Positions 21,001 to 30,145 of a DNA stretch of 64,000 bases are shown piece after piece. The translations under genes were made by a program, and so were the position numbers. The stretch comes from an uncultured virus (IMG/VR IMGVR_UViG_3300034071_000245) (lineage: Duplodnaviria > Heunggongvirae > Uroviricota > Caudoviricetes). The notes under the pieces are model-generated. The model was not told the DNA's origin, did not search any database, and was given only the letters and a program-made list of their open reading frames with translations. The first letter of the stretch is position 1. Each line of letters opens with the position of its first letter. The DNA lies in the IMG/VR virus record IMGVR_UViG_3300034071_000245; one strand, given 5' to 3'.

Positions 21001-23205
21001 AATGATATTATCGCCAACCATTAGTGTTTGTGTATTGGCGTATGTTGTCTGTCCAGCGATGACAAGGTTGCCAGTTACGGTAACATCGCCACTAATTGTA
21101 CCACCTGACTTGGTGTAGAAAGTTGCACCAGCATGTGAGTTAATAGAGTTAGCCCATGCATTTGATGATGCGCCAACTGATATTGCATATGCATTACCGG
21201 CTGCTCCAACTGCTACAGTGTATGAATTACCGGCTGCGTTAACAGCAAGCATATAACTATTACCAGATGATCCAACGGTGTTGGCCCAGGTATTTGATCT
21301 TGCTCCAATTGTATTAGCCCAGCCATTAGCGGCTGCAACCATAGATTCTGAAACTTGGTTCTGATTTAGAGTTAAGTTCTGAATCTGTGCGTAAATTGCT
21401 GAATTGACGGTGTTGGCCCAACCATTAGATGCTGCACCAATTGATACTGAGTAGTTATTACCGGCAGTGCCTACTGTATTAGCCCAGCTATTAGATGCTG
21501 CACCAACGGCTACTGTATAAGAATTACCAGCAGCACCAACGGCTACTGTATAAGCATTTCCTGCGGCTCCAACTGCTACAGTATAAGCATTACCTGATGC
21601 ATTAACGGCAAGCATATATGTATTGCCGGATGAACCGACTGACTGAGCATAAGCATTACCTGATGTACCTACAGTGTTGGCCCATGCATTTGATCTTGCA
21701 CCAATTGTGTTTGACCAAGCATTAGCAGATGATCCGACAGCAATAGCATAATTATTACCAGCTGTTCCTACAGCAATAGCATATGCATTAGCAGATGATC
21801 CTACTGCTACAGTATAAGCATTGCCGGCAGCGCCAACAGCTATAGAGTATGCATTAGCAGATGATCCTACTGCTACTGTATAAGCATTTCCAGCGGCTCC
21901 AACGGCTACTGCATAAGAATTTCCTGCGGTTCCAACTGCTACTGTATAAGCATTACCAGCGGCTCCAACGGCTACAGAGTATGCATTTCCTGATGAGCCT
22001 ACTGTATTAGACCAAGCGTTTCCTGATGCTCCGACTGCTACAGTGTAAGCATTACCTGATGTACCTACAGTATTAGCCCATGTATTGGATCTTGCACCAA
22101 TTGTGTTTGACCAAGCATTACCAGCAGCGCCAACAGCTACAGTATAATTGTTTCCAGCTACGCCAACTGCTACAGTATATGAGTTACCTGATGTTCCTAC
22201 TGTGTTTGACCATGCATTACTTGATGCACCAACTGTATTTGACCATGCATTAGCAGAAGCACCGACAGTGTTAGACCAAGCATTGCCAGCAGCGCCGACT
22301 GCTACCGTATAAGTATTACCAGCGACACCTACAGCGACAGTGTATGAGTTACCAGCAGCACCAACGGCTACTGTGTATGAATTTCCTGATGCTCCGACTG
22401 CTACAGTATAAGCATTACCTGATGTGCCTACTGTATTGGCCCAAGTATTTGATCTTGCGCCAATGGTATTGGCCCATGCATTTGCGGATGCGCCGACAGT
22501 GTTAGACCAAGCATTACCAGATGCTCCAACAAAATTAGTATAGACATTGCCTGCAACACCCACTGTATTAGACCAGGCATTGGCTGATGATCCAACAAAT
22601 ACTGTATAAGCATTTCCTGCAACACCTACTGTATTAGACCATGCATTACCAGCAGCACCAACGGCTACTGTGTATGAATTTCCTGAGCTACCGACTGTAT
22701 TAGCCCATGTGTTTGATCTTGCACCAATTGTATTGGCCCAAGCATTAGCAGATGCACCGACAGTATTCGACCATGCATTACCAGCAGCACCAACGGCTAC
22801 TGTATATGAATTTCCTGAGCTACCGACAGTATTTGACCAAGCGTTACCCGAATCGGCTACTCTATCGATATAAACATTGGCAGAAGAAGCTAGATTGTTT
22901 GCCCATGCATTGGCACTAATAGCAACGCTGTTTACCTTAATCATGGTAGCGTTTGCTAGAGTGAATGTATTACCTACGACACGAATACCAGCAACATTAG
23001 ATGATACTGTGTCGAGAACATTCTGAGAGGGGATAACATCAATGTAAATGATTTCGCCTACATTGATTGAGGCCGTGGTTCGAACAGATAAACTGTTAGA
23101 ACGAGTTTGGGCTGTATTACCACTGTATGCGTAAATAATCTGATTTGTTTTGATGCGCCATTGATCAAATGTGTCAGTGAACGCTACGTTTGGTAAGTTG
23201 GCCAT
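18058..23205 (-). CDS. Long tail fibre (1715 aa) with S74 chaperone
   Basis: TDTFDQWRIKTN N-terminus; 11-aa and 90-aa repeats; C-terminal SSDASLKEN...GVIAQEIEAVLPEVV...YDRIVPLLIEAIKE. Confidence 0.88.
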   Translation of the reverse strand: MANLPNVAFTDTFDQWRIKTNQIIYAYSGNTAQTRSNSLSVRTTASINVGEIIYIDVIPSQNVLDTVSSNVAGIRVVGNTFTLANATMIKVNSVAISANAWANNLASSANVYIDRVADSGNAWSNTVGSSGNSYTVAVGAAGNAWSNTVGASANAWANTIGARSNTWANTVGSSGNSYTVAVGAAGNAWSNTVGVAGNAYTVFVGSSANAWSNTVGVAGNVYTNFVGASGNAWSNTVGASANAWANTIGARSNTWANTVGTSGNAYTVAVGASGNSYTVAVGAAGNSYTVAVGVAGNTYTVAVGAAGNAWSNTVGASANAWSNTVGASSNAWSNTVGTSGNSYTVAVGVAGNNYTVAVGAAGNAWSNTIGARSNTWANTVGTSGNAYTVAVGASGNAWSNTVGSSGNAYSVAVGAAGNAYTVAVGTAGNSYAVAVGAAGNAYTVAVGSSANAYSIAVGAAGNAYTVAVGSSANAYAIAVGTAGNNYAIAVGSSANAWSNTIGARSNAWANTVGTSGNAYAQSVGSSGNTYMLAVNASGNAYTVAVGAAGNAYTVAVGAAGNSYTVAVGAASNSWANTVGTAGNNYSVSIGAASNGWANTVNSAIYAQIQNLTLNQNQVSESMVAAANGWANTIGARSNTWANTVGSSGNSYMLAVNAAGNSYTVAVGAAGNAYAISVGASSNAWANSINSHAGATFYTKSGGTISGDVTVTGNLVIAGQTTYANTQTLMVGDNIIVLNADWFGSVIPTEDAGIEVNRGLTSNAVSVLWNETLNRWTLNDGTGNYGIATNTHVESANAWAAGSIQLTAVSANTLAGRMANSANNWANTKIGAVTSNSTSRIWANNTTDASSNELVFIDLAQSGVTATTYGSATVTPVFTVDAYGRITSSANVTSIVPISSGVSGLGTGVSTALATSVGTAGAFVTNGGALGTPSSGNLGNCTFPTLNQNTTGSAGSLTTARTLTVGSTGKTFNGTADVSWTLSEIGVIGVAAAANNWANTKIAAVTSNNTTRIWANNVVDASSNELVFVDLATSGVAAGTYGGASTIPSYTVDAYGRITSASNITASIPISTGVSGLGTGVATALATAVGSAGAFVTNGGALGTPSSGTLINCTFPTLNQNTTGSAGTLTTARNINGTAFNGSADITTANWGTARTITIGDTGKSVNGSGNYTWTLSEMGVAANDATVNVGTTSIVLNRASAAQSLTGITSIDGSAAKLTTARAINGTNFDGTAAITTATWGTARTITIGSTGKSVDGSAAVSWTVAEIGAAAVGATTYVGTTAITLNRASAAQSLTGITSIDGSAASLTTARNINGTAFNGTGNITTTTWGTSRTITLGDTAKSVDGSGNYTWTHSEMGVAANDSTVNVGTTSIVLNRASAAQSLTGITSIDGSAATLTTARNINGTAFNGSAAITTATWGTARTITIGSTGKSVDGSAAVSWSLAEIGAAAVGATTYVGTTAITLNRASAAQSLTGITSIDGSAATLTTARNINGTAFNGSAAITTATWGTARTITIGSTGKSVDGSAAVSWSLAEIGAAAVGATTYVGTTAIALNRASAAQSLTGITSIDGSAVTFTSTTQNSQFNSIGVGTAGSGTAGQIRATNDITAFYSSDASLKENVKTIDNALAKIEKINGVEFDWTDAFIEAQGGEDDYFVRKHDIGVIAQEIEAVLPEVVATREDGIKAVKYDRIVPLLIEAIKELKTELDELKAK
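18480..19835. repeat. Five tandem copies of a 270-bp (90-aa) unit
   Basis: Equivalent positions at 18561, 18831, 19101, 19371, 19641; unit LTTARNINGTAFNG...WGTARTITIG...LNRASAAQSLTGITSIDG. Confidence 0.9.
21140..22860. repeat. Degenerate 33-bp (11-aa) tandem repeats
   Basis: NAYTVAVGAAG / NAWSNTVGASA / NTIGARSNTWA units. Confidence 0.9.
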
Positions 23206-23412
23206 TTACTTTACGAGTCCCTTTAGTAATTCTTTAATTTCGTTTATGTCTTCTTTTACCGTCTTCATATCTTGCTGTAAAGTATCTACAGCCATCATTC
23301 TTTGCTTGTTTCGCTTGTATGCATTTAAAGCATCGGTATCTCTATTTATAAGTATTCCTTCAGAGACTTTATAGAGACCCGGAACTTCTGTTTTCTGTTC
23401 TTTATTTGTCAT
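23206..23412 (-). CDS. Small conserved T4-like hypothetical protein
   Basis: GLYK...ILINRD...Y...coiled-coil C-terminus IKELLKGLV. Confidence 0.65.
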   Translation of the reverse strand: MTNKEQKTEVPGLYKVSEGILINRDTDALNAYKRNKQRMMAVDTLQQDMKTVKEDINEIKELLKGLVK

Positions 23413-24034
23413 TGTCTATGCACCCGTGAAATTCTGCAACTTTGCTAAGTAGCTTCGCCCATTCTTCATCAACACCTTCGATGTTGGTTATCTGGCTAGG
23501 TGGTATAGCATACTCACCGAGAGTGATATGATGGTCGGTAATTACTATGTCAACATCAAAACCTAGAATAGCAACTGCTCGTCTAGTAACAATGTTGTTA
23601 GAGTTGATCTTAATGTTACCTGATAAATCAGCATCGCCACAAACAATTGCTGAACCATATACTTGCGAATGGTTTCTCACCTTTGCATCTTCATAAACTT
23701 CGGCATCGCCGTAAATCATTGCATTGTTACAAACTACTGCATTTCCATATACTTTAGAGTTACCTGATACTCTTGCACTGTTTGTAATAGTGGCATCGCC
23801 ATATACTCTCGCCTTATCATATACTCTTGCATTACCGGAAACAACAGCATTTCCATACACTCTTGCATCTTCGCCAATGAAACAATCTTCATCAACTTTG
23901 GCAGTGTTAGCAACCCATCCTTTTCCTTTTGGGTGTCGATGGGCTGCTACTAATCCGTTGCCATCTTTGAAATCAAATAGTGTTTCATCAATATCAATTT
24001 CAATCACTTCAACTTCACTCATATTATTCTCCAA
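23402..24034 (-). CDS. Hexapeptide-repeat left-handed beta-helix protein
   Basis: ARVYGNAVVSGNARVYDKARVYGDA repeats. Confidence 0.8.
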   Translation of the reverse strand: MENNMSEVEVIEIDIDETLFDFKDGNGLVAAHRHPKGKGWVANTAKVDEDCFIGEDARVYGNAVVSGNARVYDKARVYGDATITNSARVSGNSKVYGNAVVCNNAMIYGDAEVYEDAKVRNHSQVYGSAIVCGDADLSGNIKINSNNIVTRRAVAILGFDVDIVITDHHITLGEYAIPPSQITNIEGVDEEWAKLLSKVAEFHGCIDNDK

Positions 24035-27000
24035 TTACATTTGCAATGCGATACATCTAATGTCGGCAACTCTTGGCACGATTGCTGTATCAGTTACGCC
24101 AGGATCTAGCAGTAGTCCAATCTTAATTGAGAACTGCTTGTAGCCTTCGAATATAGCACCAGTTGATGATGTATATGCGATTGCGCCGCCTGTGCCAGTC
24201 ATGTTTGCACCAGGAATCTTATACTGATATTCTTTCCAATCATTTCTGCTTGTTTCAGAAATTGTTGAGAAGTTAAATTCGCCAGTAAGTTTTTCTAGTT
24301 CAATCCAAGGTCTATCTTCAAATGAAGTAGAATCTTCACGATGCTTGAACTTTACCCATACCTTAATATCAGTTCCTCTTGGACGAAATGCTGAGAGATA
24401 AATTCTCAAATCTTCTGCGTCTTGATCATCAGCTAGTGTTACGGTTTTTGAAATATACTTATTGAGCATATTTCCGCCGTCAGGACTTGTCTCATTTGTA
24501 TAGTCACTACTAATGATATTATCAGTTGCGACAGCATTTGTTCCGTCGATGTTGATAATGGGCGAAATAACATTTGATGTGGTTGTCATAGAAATATGAA
24601 CATTCATTGATCTATTGACACCACGAAGTCTTTCATTTGAAATAGAAAGAACTGTTCTTTCGTTCAAATAGTTAAGCTGCTCACCAGGTGTCATTGCCTT
24701 TGTGTTTCTTGTAAAATCAGACTTTGATGTTGATTCAATCTGATAAGAAACAGATGTTCCATTAAACTTGATAACATCTGGGTCATAAGTTGCAGTAGAA
24801 TAGTCAAAGTTGAGCAATTCATTGATAGTAGCATAGAATGTGGAATCACTAATGCTTCTAATTACCTGACCGACAACAAAGCCACCAGATGCACTTGAGA
24901 ACTCTGCAATTGTTCCGGATTCACCTGGTAGAGTGTAAACGCTAGTTAGTGTACCGAAGGCAACCTGAATGTTCTCTAGAACTCTAGTGAACTTAGCAGT
25001 ATTGGCTGAATTGAATACATTAACTGTTCCAGTTGAGAAGTTGGTGAAGCCAGTTAGTGTAACAACTTTTCCGCTAACAGATGCAACAGTACCTTGTGCA
25101 ACAACGGTTGCACCGGACAACTTCTTAATGATATCGCCAGGAACAATGTTAGTTGTGCTATCTAGAACCAATCTATCAGGAATATGGAACATATCACCAA
25201 GAGCCGGTGTAAATTCTTTACTCATCGAAACAAGTCTAAGCTTATCAATTGGCTTGTTACCTAGTGTTGCGGTACCAAGTGAGTTTCTAACGAACTCCGC
25301 TCGTCTTAATCTAATGGTCATATCAACATCAGGTTCCATATCCCAGTTCATATTATTGTTTGTTGTGTAATATGTTCCTGTGTATGGACGGCTTGTTCTT
25401 CTAGCACCTGTATTAACATCAACCTCGCCTAGTTTGGCTGTCCAGATATAAGTATCTGGATCGGCTGCGTCAGAGTGAACAACGAATGCATATTGTGTAT
25501 CATTGAACAAGAAAAGAGGATGATTAAAAGTTATTGTCAAGCCATTATCGATTCCGTTTGTAGAAATCGGGATCTCAATATTTTCAAAATGCTTTTCTGA
25601 ACCAGGTACCTGATTTCTTGTAATGCCGCCGCCAGAGTCAATTTCTCTAACTTCAAACCAAATACCTCTTGAGGTTGAAGTTGACTTTCTTCCCACGAAG
25701 ATAGTTGCGCTTGTTAAGAACATACCTTCTTCGTTGTTTGGTGTTTTTGCCAAGAATGAATAGGCAGAGCAAGAGCCCATGAAAAGCCACCATGGGAATG
25801 GAGGAGGTGGTGGTGGATCTCTTGGAACTGTTTCGGAATCAAATGTTCTTCTCTGTTCATCGACAGGCTTGGTTACATTTTGAACTGTTGGAATCTTAAT
25901 AACAGTTCTTTGTTTAATCATCTTTTGTCCAGCAGCCGTAAATGTTGCTGATGCGCCAGTAGTAATAGACTCTGATGGATCATCTAGACTTACGCCTGAT
26001 TCAGAAATAATAACACGGCTATCACCGATAATCATCTTTCTTTCACCAGTTCTAAACTGTCCCTGCTGTATTCTATAAGAGAAAAAGCACTTTCCATCTA
26101 GTCCAACAAAAATAGGTGTTCCTTCTGCCGGAAGATTACCTAAAGCAGCAGGAAGACTTGCTGTTACGAGGTTGTCAGTAATGTTAATGGATGAAATGAA
26201 TACACCGTTAGCATCAACTGCCTGACTTAGTGCCTCACCTGGATTAACAGGACCTGATGAACCAAATCTATATGTGGTCAATGCTGTATTATACTGTGAG
26301 GCTGTTAGTGGGCGACAAGTATTAGATACAGGAATGTTATCAAAGTAAACCCAAATTCTTGCATTTGGTTTTAGATTTGATGCTTCACAGTAAATGACCT
26401 GAGGTCTGATATAAGGAACGATTTCAACGTCACGAACAGTAGCGTTCTGGACAATGAAAGAAGTCTGGTTGTTTCTTCCGTATTCGGTTCCTGTTCTATT
26501 CCAATCAATGTCAATAGCAATATTAACAGATGAATTTGTGTTATACTGATCAGCAGTTCTTCTAGCTGTAGAGTAGTCGGTGCCTTGATAGACAATACCA
26601 CCACCAGCAGGGTTACGAACGGTATAAGTTCTGTTAGTTACATACCAATCATTCCATGTCGTGGAAATCTTAGTGTAAGTACCACCGAGATTTTGCTGTG
26701 TAACAAACTCTGGAGTTGTTAGAACTTCGTCGGCTAGGAATGTTGTATCGGTCCAGATATCTCTATCGGGAGTTAGTTTCAACTGTCCCAAGAATAGATA
26801 TGAGGCTCTTTCGAGATTTCTTTCAGATGTTGCGACATTCTGATTTAAAAATTGCATTTCAGAGTAGTTTAGAATAACCATTCTATCTCTAGCAACAACG
26901 CCCGATGATCTAATCAAATCGAACATGAATGATTCTGAGGTATAGATTGGTCTATAGCTCTGTTCAACTGGATCTAGACACCACTGGCTTGATTTACCGT

Positions 27001-30000
27001 TGATGCTAAGTGTATCGTCTTTGAGTGAGTCAACAAAGATACCGTTTTTAAATCTATCAAGTCCGGCTTCGTCACGGACTGTTACGGTCGTTGCTGCCTT
27101 TTCAAGAGCATTCAATGTGGTGTAATATTCTAGATTCTCAATTCTATCTTGAAGAATACCAATATCACGCATCGTAAATCTATTGATCGCAGATGCCTTG
27201 GAGGCACATGATAAGTCTGATCTGCCCAGTCTATTACCGTAAGCTGGTGATAGTGATGGATAAGGAGGAATCTTCAATACAGATAGAGTCAACTTATCTG
27301 GATCAAACTTTGGTGTAATTGGTGTTAGTGATGGAACACCACCAACAACTGATAGTGATCCAGTCTTGTCTAGTGTAACAAGATCGATACGACCAAGATA
27401 GTTCTGAACATCAAATGTCAGAGGGTTCGATGGCATAGGAATCTTGATGCCCTGACTGACAAACTTAAATGTTGCCCAAGCAGCCTTAGGATATGTTGAT
27501 ATATATGCAATACCTGGATTTTCTGTTGCTGCTGATGGTAGAACCGCCGCAGTAGCAATGTTATTCTTGACAGGTCTAAAGTCTAGAACATTTCTTAGAT
27601 CAATCAACTTACCGGTTGCAGTTCTGTATCTTGGAACATTCTCAGTTCTAATATTTGTCTCTGCATTGAATAGAGCATCATTGTCCTGAATAGGATAAGA
27701 ATCGACAGAGAAGTAACCGCCAGTACCGGTAGCGGTATGATCAAAGTAATCCAACTCAATAAGAAGTCTATCGGTTGCTTCCATAGCTGATCTTGGTCTA
27801 ATATAACCGTGATCATACATGTTATCTGTCTGTCCATTGTTGAAAATGAACGAAGATGTGACATCTGTTCCGCCAGTATTAGATGTTGGGTAAGAACCTG
27901 AGCCTTTTCTGATAGATTTAATTCTATAGATATCACTGAAACCTAGATTGATAGGACCAGTTAGATTAGGTAGAGTTGATGCATTGATCTTAACATATCT
28001 ATTGGTTCTAAGAACCTTTGACATTTCACGAGCGGTAACTCTTGCTACTGGGAATGTAACAGCAGCGGCTACAGTTGATGAGAATGTTTCTTTAAGATCG
28101 ATTGTCAATGATGATGGAGTTGTGGTAACTGATCTAACAGTGCCAGTATTAGCACCCTTAGTTGTTAGATCGATGATATCACCAACTAGATAAACCTTGG
28201 TTACTGTATTGCCTGCTAGTGCAGGAATACCTGGGCTGACGATCAAATCTCTGTTATTTGCAGATGCAGTTGTAACAGTATAAGTCAAACTGTTGCCAGA
28301 GAATCTAACCTTGTCACCAACATTCAATGTTAGGAAGTTTGTGCTTAGATCACCAAGAAGTCTGGTTGCACCCACAGTTCCGGTTACAGTTCCTGGAAGG
28401 CTGAGGTTTGTATTGGCTTTCAATACGAGTTTGATTTCTCTCTTATCAGCACTTGCAAGAGTTGTCGTACCATAAGGTAGAGTTTCAATACCTGATGGTA
28501 TAGTAATTGACAGTAGACCAGTTGTATCAATAGCAACAGTGTTATCGATACCCTCAGTCTTTAAGAATGAGAATGATGTTGCAGATGTAGTTGGATCATC
28601 CTTATCTCTAACGCTCTTGGTTGATAGTGAACCAGTATCGTAAAGAAGATATGAATCCTGTGCTTGTAGAACAAATGAACTGCCTACAATGTCTGCCTTA
28701 GCGCCAGTGGCAGGCATATAGAACGATTGAACATTACCTGGACCATAACCAGAAACATATTGCACATCTGTTAGATAAAGATTATACTGAGCATCGTAGC
28801 CCTCTCTGCCATCAACATATTCTAGTGATAGAACTTTAGCATAACCAACTAGAGTTCCGGCAGCGGCACTAGTTGCTAATTTCTTATCAGTGATTGAGTT
28901 CTGTGCGGTATCATAAAGGTAAATAACAGCACCCTTGTTCTGCTCCCACATACCGATAACTTCATTAACCACAACATATGAACCCATGGTTGTGGTAATG
29001 ATATGAGTATCGCTGGCTACATCAAGACCTTTTCTTGTTACAAGTTCCTGTGTAGTTTCATAATTGATTTCATAACCTTTGACATATGCAGTACCGGCTG
29101 ATACAGAAACGGCTAGAAGCTGGTTATTACCGTTATCGTAACGACCGAAATTACTGCCTGTATTGTCATGCTCTCTAATCTGAACGGCCATACCACCTAC
29201 AAGATAGTTGCCCGATTCATCAAAGGTTCTCTTTGCCATTTCATCGGCAATAATATTGTATTCTGGTCTATCGTTTCTTTCCGTTACGATACCATTTTCA
29301 ATTCTAACAAGAGAAATAAAGTCCTGCTGATCAATCTGATCTGTTAGATTATATGTGTATAGAGTTGGTGAGATAGAAAATCTATCAGCACCAGGTGCGG
29401 CATAGTTTGATGATTCAAGAGCAGGATCGAGTAGTGAAGTATCTTCCTCAGAACTTACAATCTCCTCTGATAGAAGCATACCTACAATCTTTGATGGGTT
29501 TCTATTGTATCTTTCAATAATGATAGACTGCTTTGGAAACTTGATGAAATGGTTCTTAGCGAATATAACACCTTCTTCAATCTGAAATCTTGAACCGAAG
29601 CCAGTTGGACTAGAAGCAAGAGCAACGGCAGTTCCTACACTTGAATTAAGAACTTCGTTTGGCTGAAATACTTTAAGTGCTGAGTTGGTTGATGCTCTAG
29701 TGTAACGAACATAAAGAGTCTTGGTGTTAGTTGATGTTTGAACACCATCTAGAACATCAATAACAATTGCCTGAATACCAGTTGTGGCACCAGTTAGAAC
29801 AACATTCTTAAAGTTATTGACATTTACTGTATTGTTTAGAGTATTAAGGTCTTTGATCTTAACATAATCGACAGCCGAACCACCAGATGCGAAGCCTTCA
29901 CTTGTCTGAACTGAGAACCCACCAGGAAGAACAATAGAACCCTCACGGAACATGTGACGACCGAACCGAGTAACCTGTTCTTGAAGGATAGTCTGTAGCT

Positions 30001-30130
30001 GTGTTAGCTCACGAGCCTGGACGGCATAACCAGGCTTGAATAGAATGCGATAAAAATCTTTATTGAAATCATAATCATCATAGTAAGGACTTACATTGAA
30101 GTTAGTTGTCAATACAGTATTGGCTGCCAT
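24035..30130 (-). CDS. VrlC-like (DUF4815) large structural protein
   Basis: NVSPYYDDYD...YRILFKPGYAVQARELTQLQTILQ; APGADR; DRFKNGIFVD; ends PRVADIRCIAL. Confidence 0.88.
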   Translation of the reverse strand: MAANTVLTTNFNVSPYYDDYDFNKDFYRILFKPGYAVQARELTQLQTILQEQVTRFGRHMFREGSIVLPGGFSVQTSEGFASGGSAVDYVKIKDLNTLNNTVNVNNFKNVVLTGATTGIQAIVIDVLDGVQTSTNTKTLYVRYTRASTNSALKVFQPNEVLNSSVGTAVALASSPTGFGSRFQIEEGVIFAKNHFIKFPKQSIIIERYNRNPSKIVGMLLSEEIVSSEEDTSLLDPALESSNYAAPGADRFSISPTLYTYNLTDQIDQQDFISLVRIENGIVTERNDRPEYNIIADEMAKRTFDESGNYLVGGMAVQIREHDNTGSNFGRYDNGNNQLLAVSVSAGTAYVKGYEINYETTQELVTRKGLDVASDTHIITTTMGSYVVVNEVIGMWEQNKGAVIYLYDTAQNSITDKKLATSAAAGTLVGYAKVLSLEYVDGREGYDAQYNLYLTDVQYVSGYGPGNVQSFYMPATGAKADIVGSSFVLQAQDSYLLYDTGSLSTKSVRDKDDPTTSATSFSFLKTEGIDNTVAIDTTGLLSITIPSGIETLPYGTTTLASADKREIKLVLKANTNLSLPGTVTGTVGATRLLGDLSTNFLTLNVGDKVRFSGNSLTYTVTTASANNRDLIVSPGIPALAGNTVTKVYLVGDIIDLTTKGANTGTVRSVTTTPSSLTIDLKETFSSTVAAAVTFPVARVTAREMSKVLRTNRYVKINASTLPNLTGPINLGFSDIYRIKSIRKGSGSYPTSNTGGTDVTSSFIFNNGQTDNMYDHGYIRPRSAMEATDRLLIELDYFDHTATGTGGYFSVDSYPIQDNDALFNAETNIRTENVPRYRTATGKLIDLRNVLDFRPVKNNIATAAVLPSAATENPGIAYISTYPKAAWATFKFVSQGIKIPMPSNPLTFDVQNYLGRIDLVTLDKTGSLSVVGGVPSLTPITPKFDPDKLTLSVLKIPPYPSLSPAYGNRLGRSDLSCASKASAINRFTMRDIGILQDRIENLEYYTTLNALEKAATTVTVRDEAGLDRFKNGIFVDSLKDDTLSINGKSSQWCLDPVEQSYRPIYTSESFMFDLIRSSGVVARDRMVILNYSEMQFLNQNVATSERNLERASYLFLGQLKLTPDRDIWTDTTFLADEVLTTPEFVTQQNLGGTYTKISTTWNDWYVTNRTYTVRNPAGGGIVYQGTDYSTARRTADQYNTNSSVNIAIDIDWNRTGTEYGRNNQTSFIVQNATVRDVEIVPYIRPQVIYCEASNLKPNARIWVYFDNIPVSNTCRPLTASQYNTALTTYRFGSSGPVNPGEALSQAVDANGVFISSINITDNLVTASLPAALGNLPAEGTPIFVGLDGKCFFSYRIQQGQFRTGERKMIIGDSRVIISESGVSLDDPSESITTGASATFTAAGQKMIKQRTVIKIPTVQNVTKPVDEQRRTFDSETVPRDPPPPPPFPWWLFMGSCSAYSFLAKTPNNEEGMFLTSATIFVGRKSTSTSRGIWFEVREIDSGGGITRNQVPGSEKHFENIEIPISTNGIDNGLTITFNHPLFLFNDTQYAFVVHSDAADPDTYIWTAKLGEVDVNTGARRTSRPYTGTYYTTNNNMNWDMEPDVDMTIRLRRAEFVRNSLGTATLGNKPIDKLRLVSMSKEFTPALGDMFHIPDRLVLDSTTNIVPGDIIKKLSGATVVAQGTVASVSGKVVTLTGFTNFSTGTVNVFNSANTAKFTRVLENIQVAFGTLTSVYTLPGESGTIAEFSSASGGFVVGQVIRSISDSTFYATINELLNFDYSTATYDPDVIKFNGTSVSYQIESTSKSDFTRNTKAMTPGEQLNYLNERTVLSISNERLRGVNRSMNVHISMTTTSNVISPIINIDGTNAVATDNIISSDYTNETSPDGGNMLNKYISKTVTLADDQDAEDLRIYLSAFRPRGTDIKVWVKFKHREDSTSFEDRPWIELEKLTGEFNFSTISETSRNDWKEYQYKIPGANMTGTGGAIAYTSSTGAIFEGYKQFSIKIGLLLDPGVTDTAIVPRVADIRCIALQM

Positions 30131-30145
30131 TTTGTTCTTTTCCTT

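Noticed and set aside
13190..22860. 33-bp periodic repeats as a CRISPR array
   Set aside because: Degenerate, in-frame coding repeats with synonymous variation and no unique spacers
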